Shown: positions 7,664-15,967 of the stretch, piece by piece | How the letters are laid out: each line of letters opens with the position of its first letter | Position numbering within the stretch: position 1 is the stretch's first letter | Made by a program: the position numbers and the translations under genes | Source of the DNA: a virus | Taxonomy: Duplodnaviria > Caudoviricetes | Strand: one strand, 5' to 3' | DNA length: 64,000 bases | Virus record (IMG/VR): IMGVR_UViG_3300048893_000079 | Span: 18,528 to 82,527 of that record | The notes under the pieces: generated by a model | What the model was told of the DNA's origin: nothing | Databases searched by the model: none | What the model saw: only the letters and a program-made list of their open reading frames with translations

Positions 7664-9391
7664 ATGGCCAAGAACGTCAAGCCTTCAGCGAAAGCAGCCG
7701 CCGCCGAACAGCCCGATCCGTCGGTGAAGTCGCTTGCGTATCTCGAAATGGAATCCAAGTGGGCGATGATTATCACGCTCATGGGTGGCACTGATGCGAT
7801 GCGCATGGCCGAGCGCACGTACCTCCCGCAGCACGCGGAAGAAAGCAACGAGAATTACAACGAGCGTCTGAACCGCAATACGCTGTTCAATATGTTCGAG
7901 TTGACGCTCGACAGTCTTGTCGGCAAGCCGTTCGTTGAGCCGATCAAGCTGAACTCCGATGTGCCGGAAGAGATCGCGAACGAAGACACTGGCTACTGGA
8001 AAAACATCGACCTCCAAGGCGCGAGCCTGACGAGCTTCGCACGCGAGTGGCTTCGTGATGCCATCGCAAAAGGTTTCTCGCACATCCTGATCGACATGCC
8101 GAAACTCGACCCGGCCGAGAAGGCGACGCGCACGCTCGAAGACGATCTCAAAGAAAACCGCCGTCCGTACTGGACGCTAATTCGCCCGGAGAACATGCTC
8201 TTCGCGTACGCCATCGTGAAGAACGGCGTCGAAGTTCTTCAGCACGTTCGCATCGCGGAAGTCGAAACCGTGATGGACGGCTTTAGGGAAGTCACGAAGC
8301 AGCGCATCCGCATTCTCGAACCCGGCCGTTGGGAGCTTTGGGAGCTTCGCAAAACCGACGAGCAGAAAGACCCGATTTGGGTGAAGATCGAAGAGGGCTT
8401 GTCCGATCTCGACTACATCCCGCTGGTGACGTTCTACGCGAACCGCTCCGGCTTCATGACATCCAAGCCGCCGCTGGAAGACCTCGCGCATTTGAACGTG
8501 CGTCACTGGCAGTCCACATCGGACCAAATCAACATTCTGACCGTGGCGCGTTTCCCGATGCTCGCGGTTTCCGGCGCGCAGATGGTGCAGGGTTCGCAAG
8601 AGAACATGGCCATCGGTCCGCGTCAGTTGCTTGCTACGCGCGACGCGAACGGCAAGTTCTACTACGTCGAGCACACCGGCAAGGCGATTGGTGCCGGTGA
8701 AACCGATCTCGAAAAACTCGAAGACAAGATGGCTTCGTGGGGCGCCGAATTCCTGCGCCGCAAGATCGGTGGCCGCACAGCGACCGAGCGCGCGTTGGAC
8801 TCCAGCGAAGCGATCTCGCCGTTGAAGGACATGAGCCTGCGCTTCATGGTCTCGGTCAATCAGGCGCTCAAGATCACCGCCGACTGGATCAACAAGTCTG
8901 ACGGCGGCACGTGCCTTATCAACACCGACTTCACCGAGGAAGACGCGAACACCGCTGCGATCAACACGCTGACGGAAGCCCGCAAGCGCGGCGACATCTC
9001 GCGTTGGACTTGGCTGGAAGAAATGAAGCGCCTCGAAGTTCTGGCCGCCGACCTCGACACCGAGGAAGAGATGGATCAGATCGAGTGGGAAGCCACGAAC
9101 CTTATCGTCAAGCCGAGCTTCGTCACGGCGAGCGAGCAGATTCGTTCGGTCGAGACCGTCAACAACGCAGACGACAGCACCGCCACGGATATTCTCAACG
9201 ACGTTCCGGGCGGCGGCGACGACAATACGGACAATCCTGCTGGTGGCAATACACCGGCAAAAGCTCCGTCAACTTCGAAGCCCGCAGCAAAATCGAAACC
9301 CGGCACGTCGCCGAAGGGCGTGAAGAAAAAGAAAGTGCCGGTGGACATCAATCACCCGGTCAAGGGCAAAGCAAAGCTTATCGGATCGTAA
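7664..9391 (+). CDS. Portal protein (DUF4055-type) with low-complexity basic C-terminal tail
   Basis: Position after terL; YLPQH..E..E.Y..RL, YIPLVTFY, PPLEDLAHLN.HWQS motifs. Confidence 0.88.
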   Translation: MAKNVKPSAKAAAAEQPDPSVKSLAYLEMESKWAMIITLMGGTDAMRMAERTYLPQHAEESNENYNERLNRNTLFNMFELTLDSLVGKPFVEPIKLNSDVPEEIANEDTGYWKNIDLQGASLTSFAREWLRDAIAKGFSHILIDMPKLDPAEKATRTLEDDLKENRRPYWTLIRPENMLFAYAIVKNGVEVLQHVRIAEVETVMDGFREVTKQRIRILEPGRWELWELRKTDEQKDPIWVKIEEGLSDLDYIPLVTFYANRSGFMTSKPPLEDLAHLNVRHWQSTSDQINILTVARFPMLAVSGAQMVQGSQENMAIGPRQLLATRDANGKFYYVEHTGKAIGAGETDLEKLEDKMASWGAEFLRRKIGGRTATERALDSSEAISPLKDMSLRFMVSVNQALKITADWINKSDGGTCLINTDFTEEDANTAAINTLTEARKRGDISRWTWLEEMKRLEVLAADLDTEEEMDQIEWEATNLIVKPSFVTASEQIRSVETVNNADDSTATDILNDVPGGGDDNTDNPAGGNTPAKAPSTSKPAAKSKPGTSPKGVKKKKVPVDINHPVKGKAKLIGS

Positions 9392-9409
9392 AGACCGTGG
9401 AGGGTCGTC

Positions 9410-9952
9410 ATGACGGTGATTGTGTGGGACGGCAAAGTTCTCGCTGCCGATAGCCGGTGTTCTGACACGCATCTCATGCATGTCACCAACGTCCGCAAAA
9501 TCTTCAAGCTGAAGAACGGCGCGCTGCTCGGCACGGCGGGCGACAACGATGATCGCGATGTCCGCGCCATCCTCGCCACCGCTTCGCCGCGCAAGATGCC
9601 GCCGCGCGATAAGCTCGCTGCCACGAAGACGGCGTTCTCCGGGATCATGATTTTTCCGAAAGGCCACGTGTTCGTCATCGACATCGACTGGGAAGAGCAC
9701 GAAAGTGAAGGAGAGTGGCGCGCGAGCGTGGATGCGATCAGCGAGAAGTTCGTCGCGGTCGGCCATGGTTCGCAATTCGCGTACGGCGCGCTCGAACACG
9801 GCGCCTCGGCGGCCGAAGCAGTTCGCGCCGCATGCAAGCGCGATTTGACTTGTGCGCTGCCGGTTCAGCAAGGGTCTTTCGAAGTGCCGCCTGCGCCTGA
9901 GATTCCGCCGGTCCCGTTGGCGAAGCCCAAGCCCAAGCGCGCGAAGAAGTGA
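9410..9952 (+). CDS. HslV/proteasome-beta-like Ntn hydrolase
   Basis: N-terminal M-T nucleophile, LAADS, RKIF, LLGTAG, AVGHG..FAYGAL, EAVRAA. Confidence 0.75.
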   Translation: MTVIVWDGKVLAADSRCSDTHLMHVTNVRKIFKLKNGALLGTAGDNDDRDVRAILATASPRKMPPRDKLAATKTAFSGIMIFPKGHVFVIDIDWEEHESEGEWRASVDAISEKFVAVGHGSQFAYGALEHGASAAEAVRAACKRDLTCALPVQQGSFEVPPAPEIPPVPLAKPKPKRAKK

Positions 9953-9955
9953 TAT

Positions 9956-9989
9956 TTGCTGAACAGCGAATATGCGGTAAAATCGCGTT
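9956..9989 (+). promoter_or_regulatory. Candidate promoter for terS
   Basis: TTGCTG-N16-TAAAAT; very short leader; AAC(A)GCGA/TCGCGTT arms around the -10. Confidence 0.4.
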
Positions 9990-10571
9990 ATGACCAAAGC
10001 CATCACGACCACTCGCTCCAAAACTTACGAGATCGTTTCCGCCGATCAGAATTTCAGCGCGAAGCGCGCGAAGCTGTTCCTCCAACTTCTCGGAGAGATC
10101 GGCCGCGTTCCTGAAGCTGCGCAATTGGCTGGATTCAAAAATACGAACCCGCTGTACTATCGCAAGAAGACCGACCAAGAATTCGCCATTGCGTGGGCCG
10201 AAGCGATTGAGCGCGCCGGAGATCGCTTCGAAGCCGAAGCCGTTCGTCGTGCGATCACCGGGGTCGAAGAGGATGTCTACTATCAGGGCGAGATCGTCGG
10301 CCAAAAGACGAACTACTCCGATGGCCTTCTCGCGAAGCTTCTGGACGGCTCGAAGCCGGACAAGTACCAGCGCAAGCGCGATGCCGCCGCGCCGACGATC
10401 AATGTCCGCGTTGGCCTCGCTGTCGTGCCTATGACCAATCCCGGCCTTGAAGATTGGGAGAAAGGCAGCATCGAACTGCACCAAGGTCTTACGCAAGTCG
10501 TGGACGCCACCGCGACCCCTGTCGCGCCGGAGCCGCTGCCCTCGACCGCCCTCAAAGTCGTGCGGACTTGA
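9990..10571 (+). CDS. terS: Terminase small subunit
   Basis: HTH (V..AAQLAG), FA.AW.EA, EAEAVRRAI.GVEE.VYYQGE.VG....YSD.LL..LL....PDKY. Confidence 0.8.
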   Translation: MTKAITTTRSKTYEIVSADQNFSAKRAKLFLQLLGEIGRVPEAAQLAGFKNTNPLYYRKKTDQEFAIAWAEAIERAGDRFEAEAVRRAITGVEEDVYYQGEIVGQKTNYSDGLLAKLLDGSKPDKYQRKRDAAAPTINVRVGLAVVPMTNPGLEDWEKGSIELHQGLTQVVDATATPVAPEPLPSTALKVVRT

Positions 10572-10596
10572 CGGCCTGGGGATCGGCCCGTATTTT
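10568..10596 (+). promoter_or_regulatory. Promoter for the small basic protein/scaffold operon
   Basis: TTGACG-N17-TATTTT. Confidence 0.6.
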
Positions 10597-10608
10597 AGCT
10601 TTTGAACT

Positions 10609-10625
10609 ATTTGGGTGATCCAAAT
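10609..10625 (+). promoter_or_regulatory. GUGAU-loop hairpin covering the start codon
   Basis: ATTTGG-GTGAT-CCAAAT, overlapping ATG 10624. Confidence 0.6.
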
Positions 10626-10854
10626 GTCCAAGATGCACGCAAAAATCCGCAACGCGCTCCCCGACAGCGACTTTGCTCTCATTGTCCACCACAACGGCAA
10701 AGAGATTCGTAAGTATCCCGACAACGATCTCCCGCATGCCCGCGATGCGCTTTCACGCGCAGCCGCAATCGGTGGCTCCACAGAAGCGAAGGTTGACCGC
10801 AAGGTCTACGCAAAGTATCCAGCACTGAAGAAGCGTCACGACGCACGGAAGTGA
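10624..10854 (+). CDS. Small basic protein (DUF6582-like)
   Basis: LPDSDFAL...KYP..D..HARDALSR motif. Confidence 0.7.
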   Translation: MSKMHAKIRNALPDSDFALIVHHNGKEIRKYPDNDLPHARDALSRAAAIGGSTEAKVDRKVYAKYPALKKRHDARK

Positions 10855-10874
10855 TGGTTGAGGACATCGTACAT

Positions 10875-10906
10875 CTCAGGGTGATCCTGGGCGGACGGTG
10901 ATTGTC
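10875..10906 (+). promoter_or_regulatory. Tandem GUGAU-loop hairpins in the scaffold leader
   Basis: CTCAGG-GTGAT-CCTGGG and GACG-GTGAT-TGTC. Confidence 0.6.
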
Positions 10907-10921
10907 GGAAAGAGAACTACA

Positions 10922-11752
10922 ATGACCAAATTTGCAGAGACCGTCGATTCGCTCGACGGCGTTGCCGAAGAGTATCGTCCCGCGTATGCGGCCGGTGCAG
11001 ACGGCAAGTTCACACTCAAGCCGGAGTTCAAGCCGTTCGCGACCGCGATCACCGGTTTGAATGAAACGCTCGGTCGTACGGACTTCAACATGAAGAAGGC
11101 CCAGAAAGAAGCTGCGGATCGTCGCGGCGTGCTTCAGGCATTCGAAGAGTTGATGACCGCGCAGGGCATCACAGTCGAAGACGGCAAGGACGCGAAGGAA
11201 GCGTTGAAAGCCCACATCGACGATCTCGTTCTCAAAGCGAAGAACGGTGGCGAACTCAAAGTCAACATGGACGCGATCCGCAAGGACTTCGAGAAGAAAG
11301 CGAAAGAACTGACGGACCTCGCCGATGGCAAGATCAGCGTCATGTCGAAGTCGCTGGAGAAGTATCTCGTCGGCCAGCAAGCCAACGCGGCACTCGCGAA
11401 GGCCAAGGGGTCGGTCGATCTTCTGCTCCCCATCGTGCGCAGCCAAGTTAAGGTCGTGCAGGACGGCGAGGACTACGTGGTCCGCGTCGTTGATCCGAAA
11501 ACCGGCGACGTTCGCACGGACGGAAAGGGCGGCTTCCTTGACATCGAAGGTCTCGTCGCCGAGATGAAGCTGAACACGACGTATGCCCGCGCTTTTGAAA
11601 GCGAAACCAAGGGCGGCGGCGGTGCGCAGCAGCAGAAAAATAACTCGCAAACTCGCACGGTTACGGATCGGGACAAGATGACCCCGACCCAGAAAATCGC
11701 GGCCGGTTTGACGAAGGGCCAAGTCGAGCACGGACTGGGCCGTCAGAAGTAA
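10922..11752 (+). CDS. Capsid scaffolding protein
   Basis: Coiled-coil, K/E-rich, directly upstream of MCP, ends MTP.QKIAAGL. Confidence 0.75.
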   Translation: MTKFAETVDSLDGVAEEYRPAYAAGADGKFTLKPEFKPFATAITGLNETLGRTDFNMKKAQKEAADRRGVLQAFEELMTAQGITVEDGKDAKEALKAHIDDLVLKAKNGGELKVNMDAIRKDFEKKAKELTDLADGKISVMSKSLEKYLVGQQANAALAKAKGSVDLLLPIVRSQVKVVQDGEDYVVRVVDPKTGDVRTDGKGGFLDIEGLVAEMKLNTTYARAFESETKGGGGAQQQKNNSQTRTVTDRDKMTPTQKIAAGLTKGQVEHGLGRQK

Positions 11753-11775
11753 AAGGATCATGCTAGGGGGCGGGG

Positions 11776-11804
11776 TTGACAGGAGTTTTCCTTGCCCCCA
11801 TCAT
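11776..11804 (+). promoter_or_regulatory. MCP promoter within a long inverted repeat
   Basis: TTGACA-N17-CATCAT inside GATCATG..GGGGGC / GCCCCC..CATGATC (11755-11808). Confidence 0.6.
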
Positions 11805-11810
11805 GATCTC

Positions 11811-11970
11811 GAATTTCGGTGCTCCGTAGTTCATTCACCGTGATGGTGAGGGATGAAAGAGCGGGTCGATTCTTCGACGGGTGATCCGCCGAGATCGCGC
11901 AAGAAGTCCCAACTGGGAGCCTCTGGCCGGTGTCGTTGAAAAGTTTTTTGGATCAACCAGGAGAAAGACC
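11811..11970 (+). ncRNA. Structured 160-nt MCP leader with two GUGAU-loop hairpins
   Basis: TCACC-GTGAT-GGTGA, CGG-GTGAT-CCG, GTCGA/TCGAC and TCCCA/TGGGA hairpins. Confidence 0.55.
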
Positions 11971-12948
11971 ATGACCTCAGTTACCCTCACGGAATCCGCC
12001 AAGCTGGCTCAGGACGAGCTTGTCGCAGGCGTGATCGAGAACATCATCACCGTCAATCGCATGTACGAAAAGATTCCGTTCGACGGGATCGAGGGTAACG
12101 CCCTCGCGTACAACCGCGAGAATTCGCTTGGCCCGGTTGCGACCGTTGGCGTTGGCGACACGGACGGCACACTCGGCGCATTCGCGACGGGCGGTGTCAA
12201 CCAGACGGAACGCGAAGCCGCGAAAGACCCGGCGACGTTCACCCATCTGACCTCCTCGCTCACCACGATCATCGGTGACGCGGAAGTCAACGGTCTGATC
12301 CAGGCAACTCGTTCCGGCGACGGCAACGACCAGACTGCGATCCAGATCGCGTCGAAGGCGAAGGCGGCTGGCCGCAAGTGGCAAGACCTCTTCATCAACG
12401 GCGACGGCACGAACGCGACGTTCCCCGGCCTGCTCGCGCTGGCCTCGGCCAACCAAGAAGTTGATACCGGCTCGGCTGGTTCCAACCTCTCGTTCGACAT
12501 CATCGACAACCTGACCGACCTCGTGGTCGATAAGGACGGCGAAGTCGATTACCTCGCGATGCATGCCCGCACGATCCGCAGCTTCAAGGCGCTGCTTCGT
12601 GCGCTCGGCGGCGCCCACATCACGGAAGTGATGGAACTGCCTTCCGGTGCGACGGTTCCCGTCTACCTCGGCATTCCGATCTTCCGTAATGACTGGATTC
12701 CGCTGAACCAGGACACCCCGGACGCGTCGTACCACGTGGCGACCACGATCTTCGCCGGTACGTTCGACGACGGCTCACGCCAGCACGGCGTTGCCGGTCT
12801 GACCGCCAGCGAAGCCGCTGGTATCCACATCGTCGATGTCGGCGAGTCGGAACGTCAGGACGTTCGCATCTGGCGCATCAAGTGGTACACCGGTCTCGCT
12901 CTGTTCAGCGAGAAGGGTTTGGCCATCGCGCCGGGCATCAAGAACTAA
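11971..12948 (+). CDS. Major capsid protein (HK97 fold, YuA/RDJL-like)
   Basis: SVTL.ESAKL.QD.LV.GVIE.I...PFDGIEGNALAYNRE; RIKWY.GLALFS; AGGAG SD. Confidence 0.92.
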   Translation: MTSVTLTESAKLAQDELVAGVIENIITVNRMYEKIPFDGIEGNALAYNRENSLGPVATVGVGDTDGTLGAFATGGVNQTEREAAKDPATFTHLTSSLTTIIGDAEVNGLIQATRSGDGNDQTAIQIASKAKAAGRKWQDLFINGDGTNATFPGLLALASANQEVDTGSAGSNLSFDIIDNLTDLVVDKDGEVDYLAMHARTIRSFKALLRALGGAHITEVMELPSGATVPVYLGIPIFRNDWIPLNQDTPDASYHVATTIFAGTFDDGSRQHGVAGLTASEAAGIHIVDVGESERQDVRIWRIKWYTGLALFSEKGLAIAPGIKN

Positions 12949-12960
12949 GACCCACGAAAC

Positions 12961-13000
12961 GGGGGAGCCCAAAAAGCTCCCCCTCTTCGTTTCTGGGTTT
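12961..13000 (+). terminator. Intrinsic terminator-like hairpin after MCP
   Basis: GGGGGAGC/GCTCCCCC stem followed by a pyrimidine-rich run. Confidence 0.55.
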
Positions 13001-13026
13001 TCCTTGCCTCCTTGCTGGAGTCAGCC

Positions 13027-14010
13027 ATGACCGCAACTCCGTACCTCCTCCAATTGCCCGATCCCGACACGTCGCCCGCACCTTCGGACGGCCCTGATAC
13101 TTTCGTGGTCGTGGCTGAGTCCAGCGCAGACGCAAAAGCTTTCGTGCAAAATTTTGCCAGCCGCAAGGTTTGGGCGAATGTCACACCGGCAACGCTCGCC
13201 GAAGCGGCGGATATGTCCGGCTGGAGCCTGCGCGTTGCAGTCTTCAATCCGAGCGACGATTCCAGCTATCTCGACATCACGGTCACGAACGCCAACCAGA
13301 TCGAGCGCGTTGTGCTCGCGTCCGGCGTTCTGACATCAAGCTCGAACTACGGCACGAGCGATACTGTCACCATCGGCACTCGCGTTTACAGCTTCGTCGC
13401 CAGCCCGGCCGTGGACGGCGACGTGAAGATCGGCGGCACAGAAGCCGCGTCGATTCTCAATCTCGTTCATGCGATCAACGGTTCGGGCGGCACGCCTGGG
13501 ACCGACTACGTGGTCACGGCACCTGATCCGAACGTCACCGCAGTGGCGGCTTCCCACACCGCGACAGTCACCGCGCGCTCCACGCTCAATGCAGCCACCG
13601 CGAATGCGGTTGCGACCACAGCATCCATGACGACCGGCAACGGCGCGTGGGGCTCGGCCACATTGACCGGTGGAGTGGATAGCGAGAACAAGGTGTCCTC
13701 GTTGGCCGAACTCATGGTTGCCGCGCTCCTGCCCGCGCTGCACGCATCGTTCGACAACAGCACGCACACGCTGACGATTTCCACGATTGCCGACAACATC
13801 GGCGATCACAAGGTTCATGTCGAAGTTGTGCCTCCGCAACTCAATCCCGTTTCTCCGACTGGTGTTGCGACGAAGGCTGGCCAGAGTGTGCCCGGCTTCG
13901 TCAGCACGATCACGGACGGTGGCATTGCGGGTGCTGCGCTCACAGTCATTCTCGCTGCCGACACATACGGCGTTCCTAAACTGGTGGTGCAGGCGCGCGT
14001 TTTGCAGTAA
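13027..14010 (+). CDS. Virion structural protein with an inserted ~120-aa shared domain
   Basis: Follows MCP; T/A/S/G-rich; domain shared with 15968 and 17852. Confidence 0.7.
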   Translation: MTATPYLLQLPDPDTSPAPSDGPDTFVVVAESSADAKAFVQNFASRKVWANVTPATLAEAADMSGWSLRVAVFNPSDDSSYLDITVTNANQIERVVLASGVLTSSSNYGTSDTVTIGTRVYSFVASPAVDGDVKIGGTEAASILNLVHAINGSGGTPGTDYVVTAPDPNVTAVAASHTATVTARSTLNAATANAVATTASMTTGNGAWGSATLTGGVDSENKVSSLAELMVAALLPALHASFDNSTHTLTISTIADNIGDHKVHVEVVPPQLNPVSPTGVATKAGQSVPGFVSTITDGGIAGAALTVILAADTYGVPKLVVQARVLQ

Positions 14011-14037
14011 CAAGTTCAACAGTCCTGGGAGGGTCTA

Positions 14038-14685
14038 ATGTTGCAACGTGGCCAAACAATCGAGATGGTTCTGACGGGCGGTCGCGCCGGTCAAACAGTT
14101 CTGCTCAACAAGCATTCGTTCGTGAAGGGCGTTTGCAAAGTCTATGTGTACCCAGAAAGCTTCGACGCCTTCTTGACACTCATGGCCCGTTCGTATCATG
14201 CTTATCCGCGTGGGTCGCACGCTTTGGCGGCGGCTATCGAGAGAGACGAGAAAAATGGCATTCAGCATCATCTTCAAGAAGATTCCGCGCCGACTGACGG
14301 GGCACCAGCAGCAATACAAAGTGCTGGCGGAACTGCGTCCGGGTCGGTTCCCGATCCACGAGCACTACACGGCAGCGCAGATGATGCAAATCCGTCCGGG
14401 AGTGAGGGGTTGGTTTCCGGTGGGGCTGGACACGCGGACGCCGGGGTGGGCGAAAGAGTGGAACCCGACCCGCAACAGCAATCCATCGCCCTAATGCACG
14501 CCATTCAAACGGCGGTGCAAAAGCTCGATCCGACCGTGCCGGAGCAGTGGACCGAAGACGGTTTGCCTTCAGTCGATTACGTGGCTCTGGCTGTGCAGGA
14601 CCAGTCTGTCACACGCGAGATGATTTCGGCCGCGTGCCCCGGTTTCGACAAGCGTCAGGCCGAGGACTTGCAGCCCCAGTTTTGA
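14038..14685 (+). CDS. Hypothetical head-region protein: two folded ends and a low-complexity linker
   Basis: GGAGG SD; C-terminal LDP....QWTEDG.P.V...VTRE.I.AA.PGF. Confidence 0.7.
   Translation: MLQRGQTIEMVLTGGRAGQTVLLNKHSFVKGVCKVYVYPESFDAFLTLMARSYHAYPRGSHALAAAIERDEKNGIQHHLQEDSAPTDGAPAAIQSAGGTASGSVPDPRALHGSADDANPSGSEGLVSGGAGHADAGVGERVEPDPQQQSIALMHAIQTAVQKLDPTVPEQWTEDGLPSVDYVALAVQDQSVTREMISAACPGFDKRQAEDLQPQF
14255..14494 (+). CDS. Nested overprinted 79-aa basic protein (+1 frame)
   Basis: Hand count gives GC3 ~78% in this frame versus ~49% in the host frame over the same bases. Confidence 0.6.
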   Translation: MAFSIIFKKIPRRLTGHQQQYKVLAELRPGRFPIHEHYTAAQMMQIRPGVRGWFPVGLDTRTPGWAKEWNPTRNSNPSP

Positions 14686-14729
14686 GGGTGTAGGCTGATC
14701 GCCTAACCCGAATTTTGTGGAGCATCCCG

Positions 14730-14966
14730 ATGGCCAAGATGTATACCCCGGACAACAAGCCTTCCGAGCAGCCTGTGTCGCGCGGCATGTTCCAGACCTC
14801 GCACGGCAAGACGCCGCTCTTGATGGACCGCCAACTCAATCAGCGCGATCCGGTTCCGAGCGTTCCGAAGAACGTCGCGGTCACGGAGAACGTGAAGTGC
14901 AAAGCCAATCGTAACGACCGCACGTACATGGTCGGCAACGATTGCGACAACGCCGAGAAGATGTAA
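14730..14966 (+). CDS. Small basic hypothetical protein
   Basis: GGAG SD; preceded by hairpin 14686-14709. Confidence 0.6.
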   Translation: MAKMYTPDNKPSEQPVSRGMFQTSHGKTPLLMDRQLNQRDPVPSVPKNVAVTENVKCKANRNDRTYMVGNDCDNAEKM

Positions 14967-14971
14967 GCGTC

Positions 14972-15280
14972 ATGGCCGCGATCAAGAATCGTATCGACCC
15001 CCGGAAGCACGACGGCCACGGCACGAACTCCGAGCCGCTTATGACCGGTCATGGTGCTCCGGCTTCAGCAAGCGGTCGCGGCAACGAACCGATGCCGAGC
15101 ACCGGCAAGATTCTCGCGAACAACTGGGGCGCGCAGCGTCTCAAGAAACTGGGATCGACCGTTGGCGCGACGCAGCCCGGTACGGGCCAGGATCGTTTCA
15201 CTCGCCCGATTGACTCGGCCACGGCCCAAATTCCTCCGGCCGGTCTCGGCAATCCTCGCGGTCAGCGGAGCATGGACTAA
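14972..15280 (+). CDS. G/P/R-rich disordered protein
   Basis: Tightly packed ORF with typical codons. Confidence 0.6.
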   Translation: MAAIKNRIDPRKHDGHGTNSEPLMTGHGAPASASGRGNEPMPSTGKILANNWGAQRLKKLGSTVGATQPGTGQDRFTRPIDSATAQIPPAGLGNPRGQRSMD

Positions 15281-15459
15281 TGCCTCTGCCAGCCTCCAAT
15301 TCCACGAAAGCAGGAAAGCGCGCAAACGCCAAATTCGTCATGCACGAATTCAAGGGCGGCCATCTGCATTCGGGCAAGAAGAACGGCCCGGTCGTGAAGG
15401 ACCGCAAGCAAGCCATCGCGATTATGCTGTCCGAAACCGGTCAGTCCAAGCAGAGTTGA
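15280..15459 (+). CDS. 59-aa basic protein (DUF6496-like), below the ORF-track cutoff
   Basis: Hand translation MPLPASNSTKAGKRANAKFVMHEFKGGHLHSGKKNGPVVKDRKQAIAIMLSETGQSKQS; TAATG coupling. Confidence 0.75.
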   Translation: MPLPASNSTKAGKRANAKFVMHEFKGGHLHSGKKNGPVVKDRKQAIAIMLSETGQSKQS

Positions 15460-15484
15460 CAAGCGTTCCCCGTAGCCCCACAAT
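15456..15484 (+). promoter_or_regulatory. Promoter for neck/tail genes
   Basis: TTGACA-N17-CACAAT. Confidence 0.6.
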
Positions 15485-15511
15485 CCACGTCGCCCAACAG
15501 GAGTACCACCA

Positions 15512-15874
15512 ATGGCCCAGTTTACATTCCTCGTCTCCGTCTCGCAGCCCCAGTTGGGCGCGCGCCTGATTAACGGTGTTGTCGCTTGCCTCGTGAACGC
15601 GTCCAGCGCCTCGAATGCAAAGACCAACGCCGCTCTCGCATGCAACGCCGCGTTCGCAAATGAGTTCCCGCAGACGGATGACACGGAGAAGGAATTCTTC
15701 GACGCCGGTTCGGTGCTCTTCCCCGCGACCTATTTCGATACGGCGGTTGCCGTGTCTGCCTCTGCCGGTGTTCCGGCGTCGGGCGATGGTTCGGTCGCAG
15801 GCGACGCCTATGTGATCCCTGAGCCTGCCGTCGCGCCGGTTTATGTCGATCACACGAAGTACACTCCGGTCTAA
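15512..15874 (+). CDS. Putative virion structural protein
   Basis: AGGAG SD; structural module position. Confidence 0.7.
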   Translation: MAQFTFLVSVSQPQLGARLINGVVACLVNASSASNAKTNAALACNAAFANEFPQTDDTEKEFFDAGSVLFPATYFDTAVAVSASAGVPASGDGSVAGDAYVIPEPAVAPVYVDHTKYTPV

Positions 15875-15901
15875 GCCTGAGTTTCAGCCTGTTGCGCTTC
15901 A

Positions 15902-15950
15902 ACCCCTGCGGTCCTGGTCAAACGGGATCGCGGGGGTTATGCTTTTGAGC
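15902..15950 (+). terminator. Terminator-like hairpin
   Basis: ACCCCTGCGGTCCTG/CGGGATCGCGGGGGT followed by TATGCTTTT. Confidence 0.5.
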
Positions 15951-15967
15951 AAACGGAGCAGAGCCCC

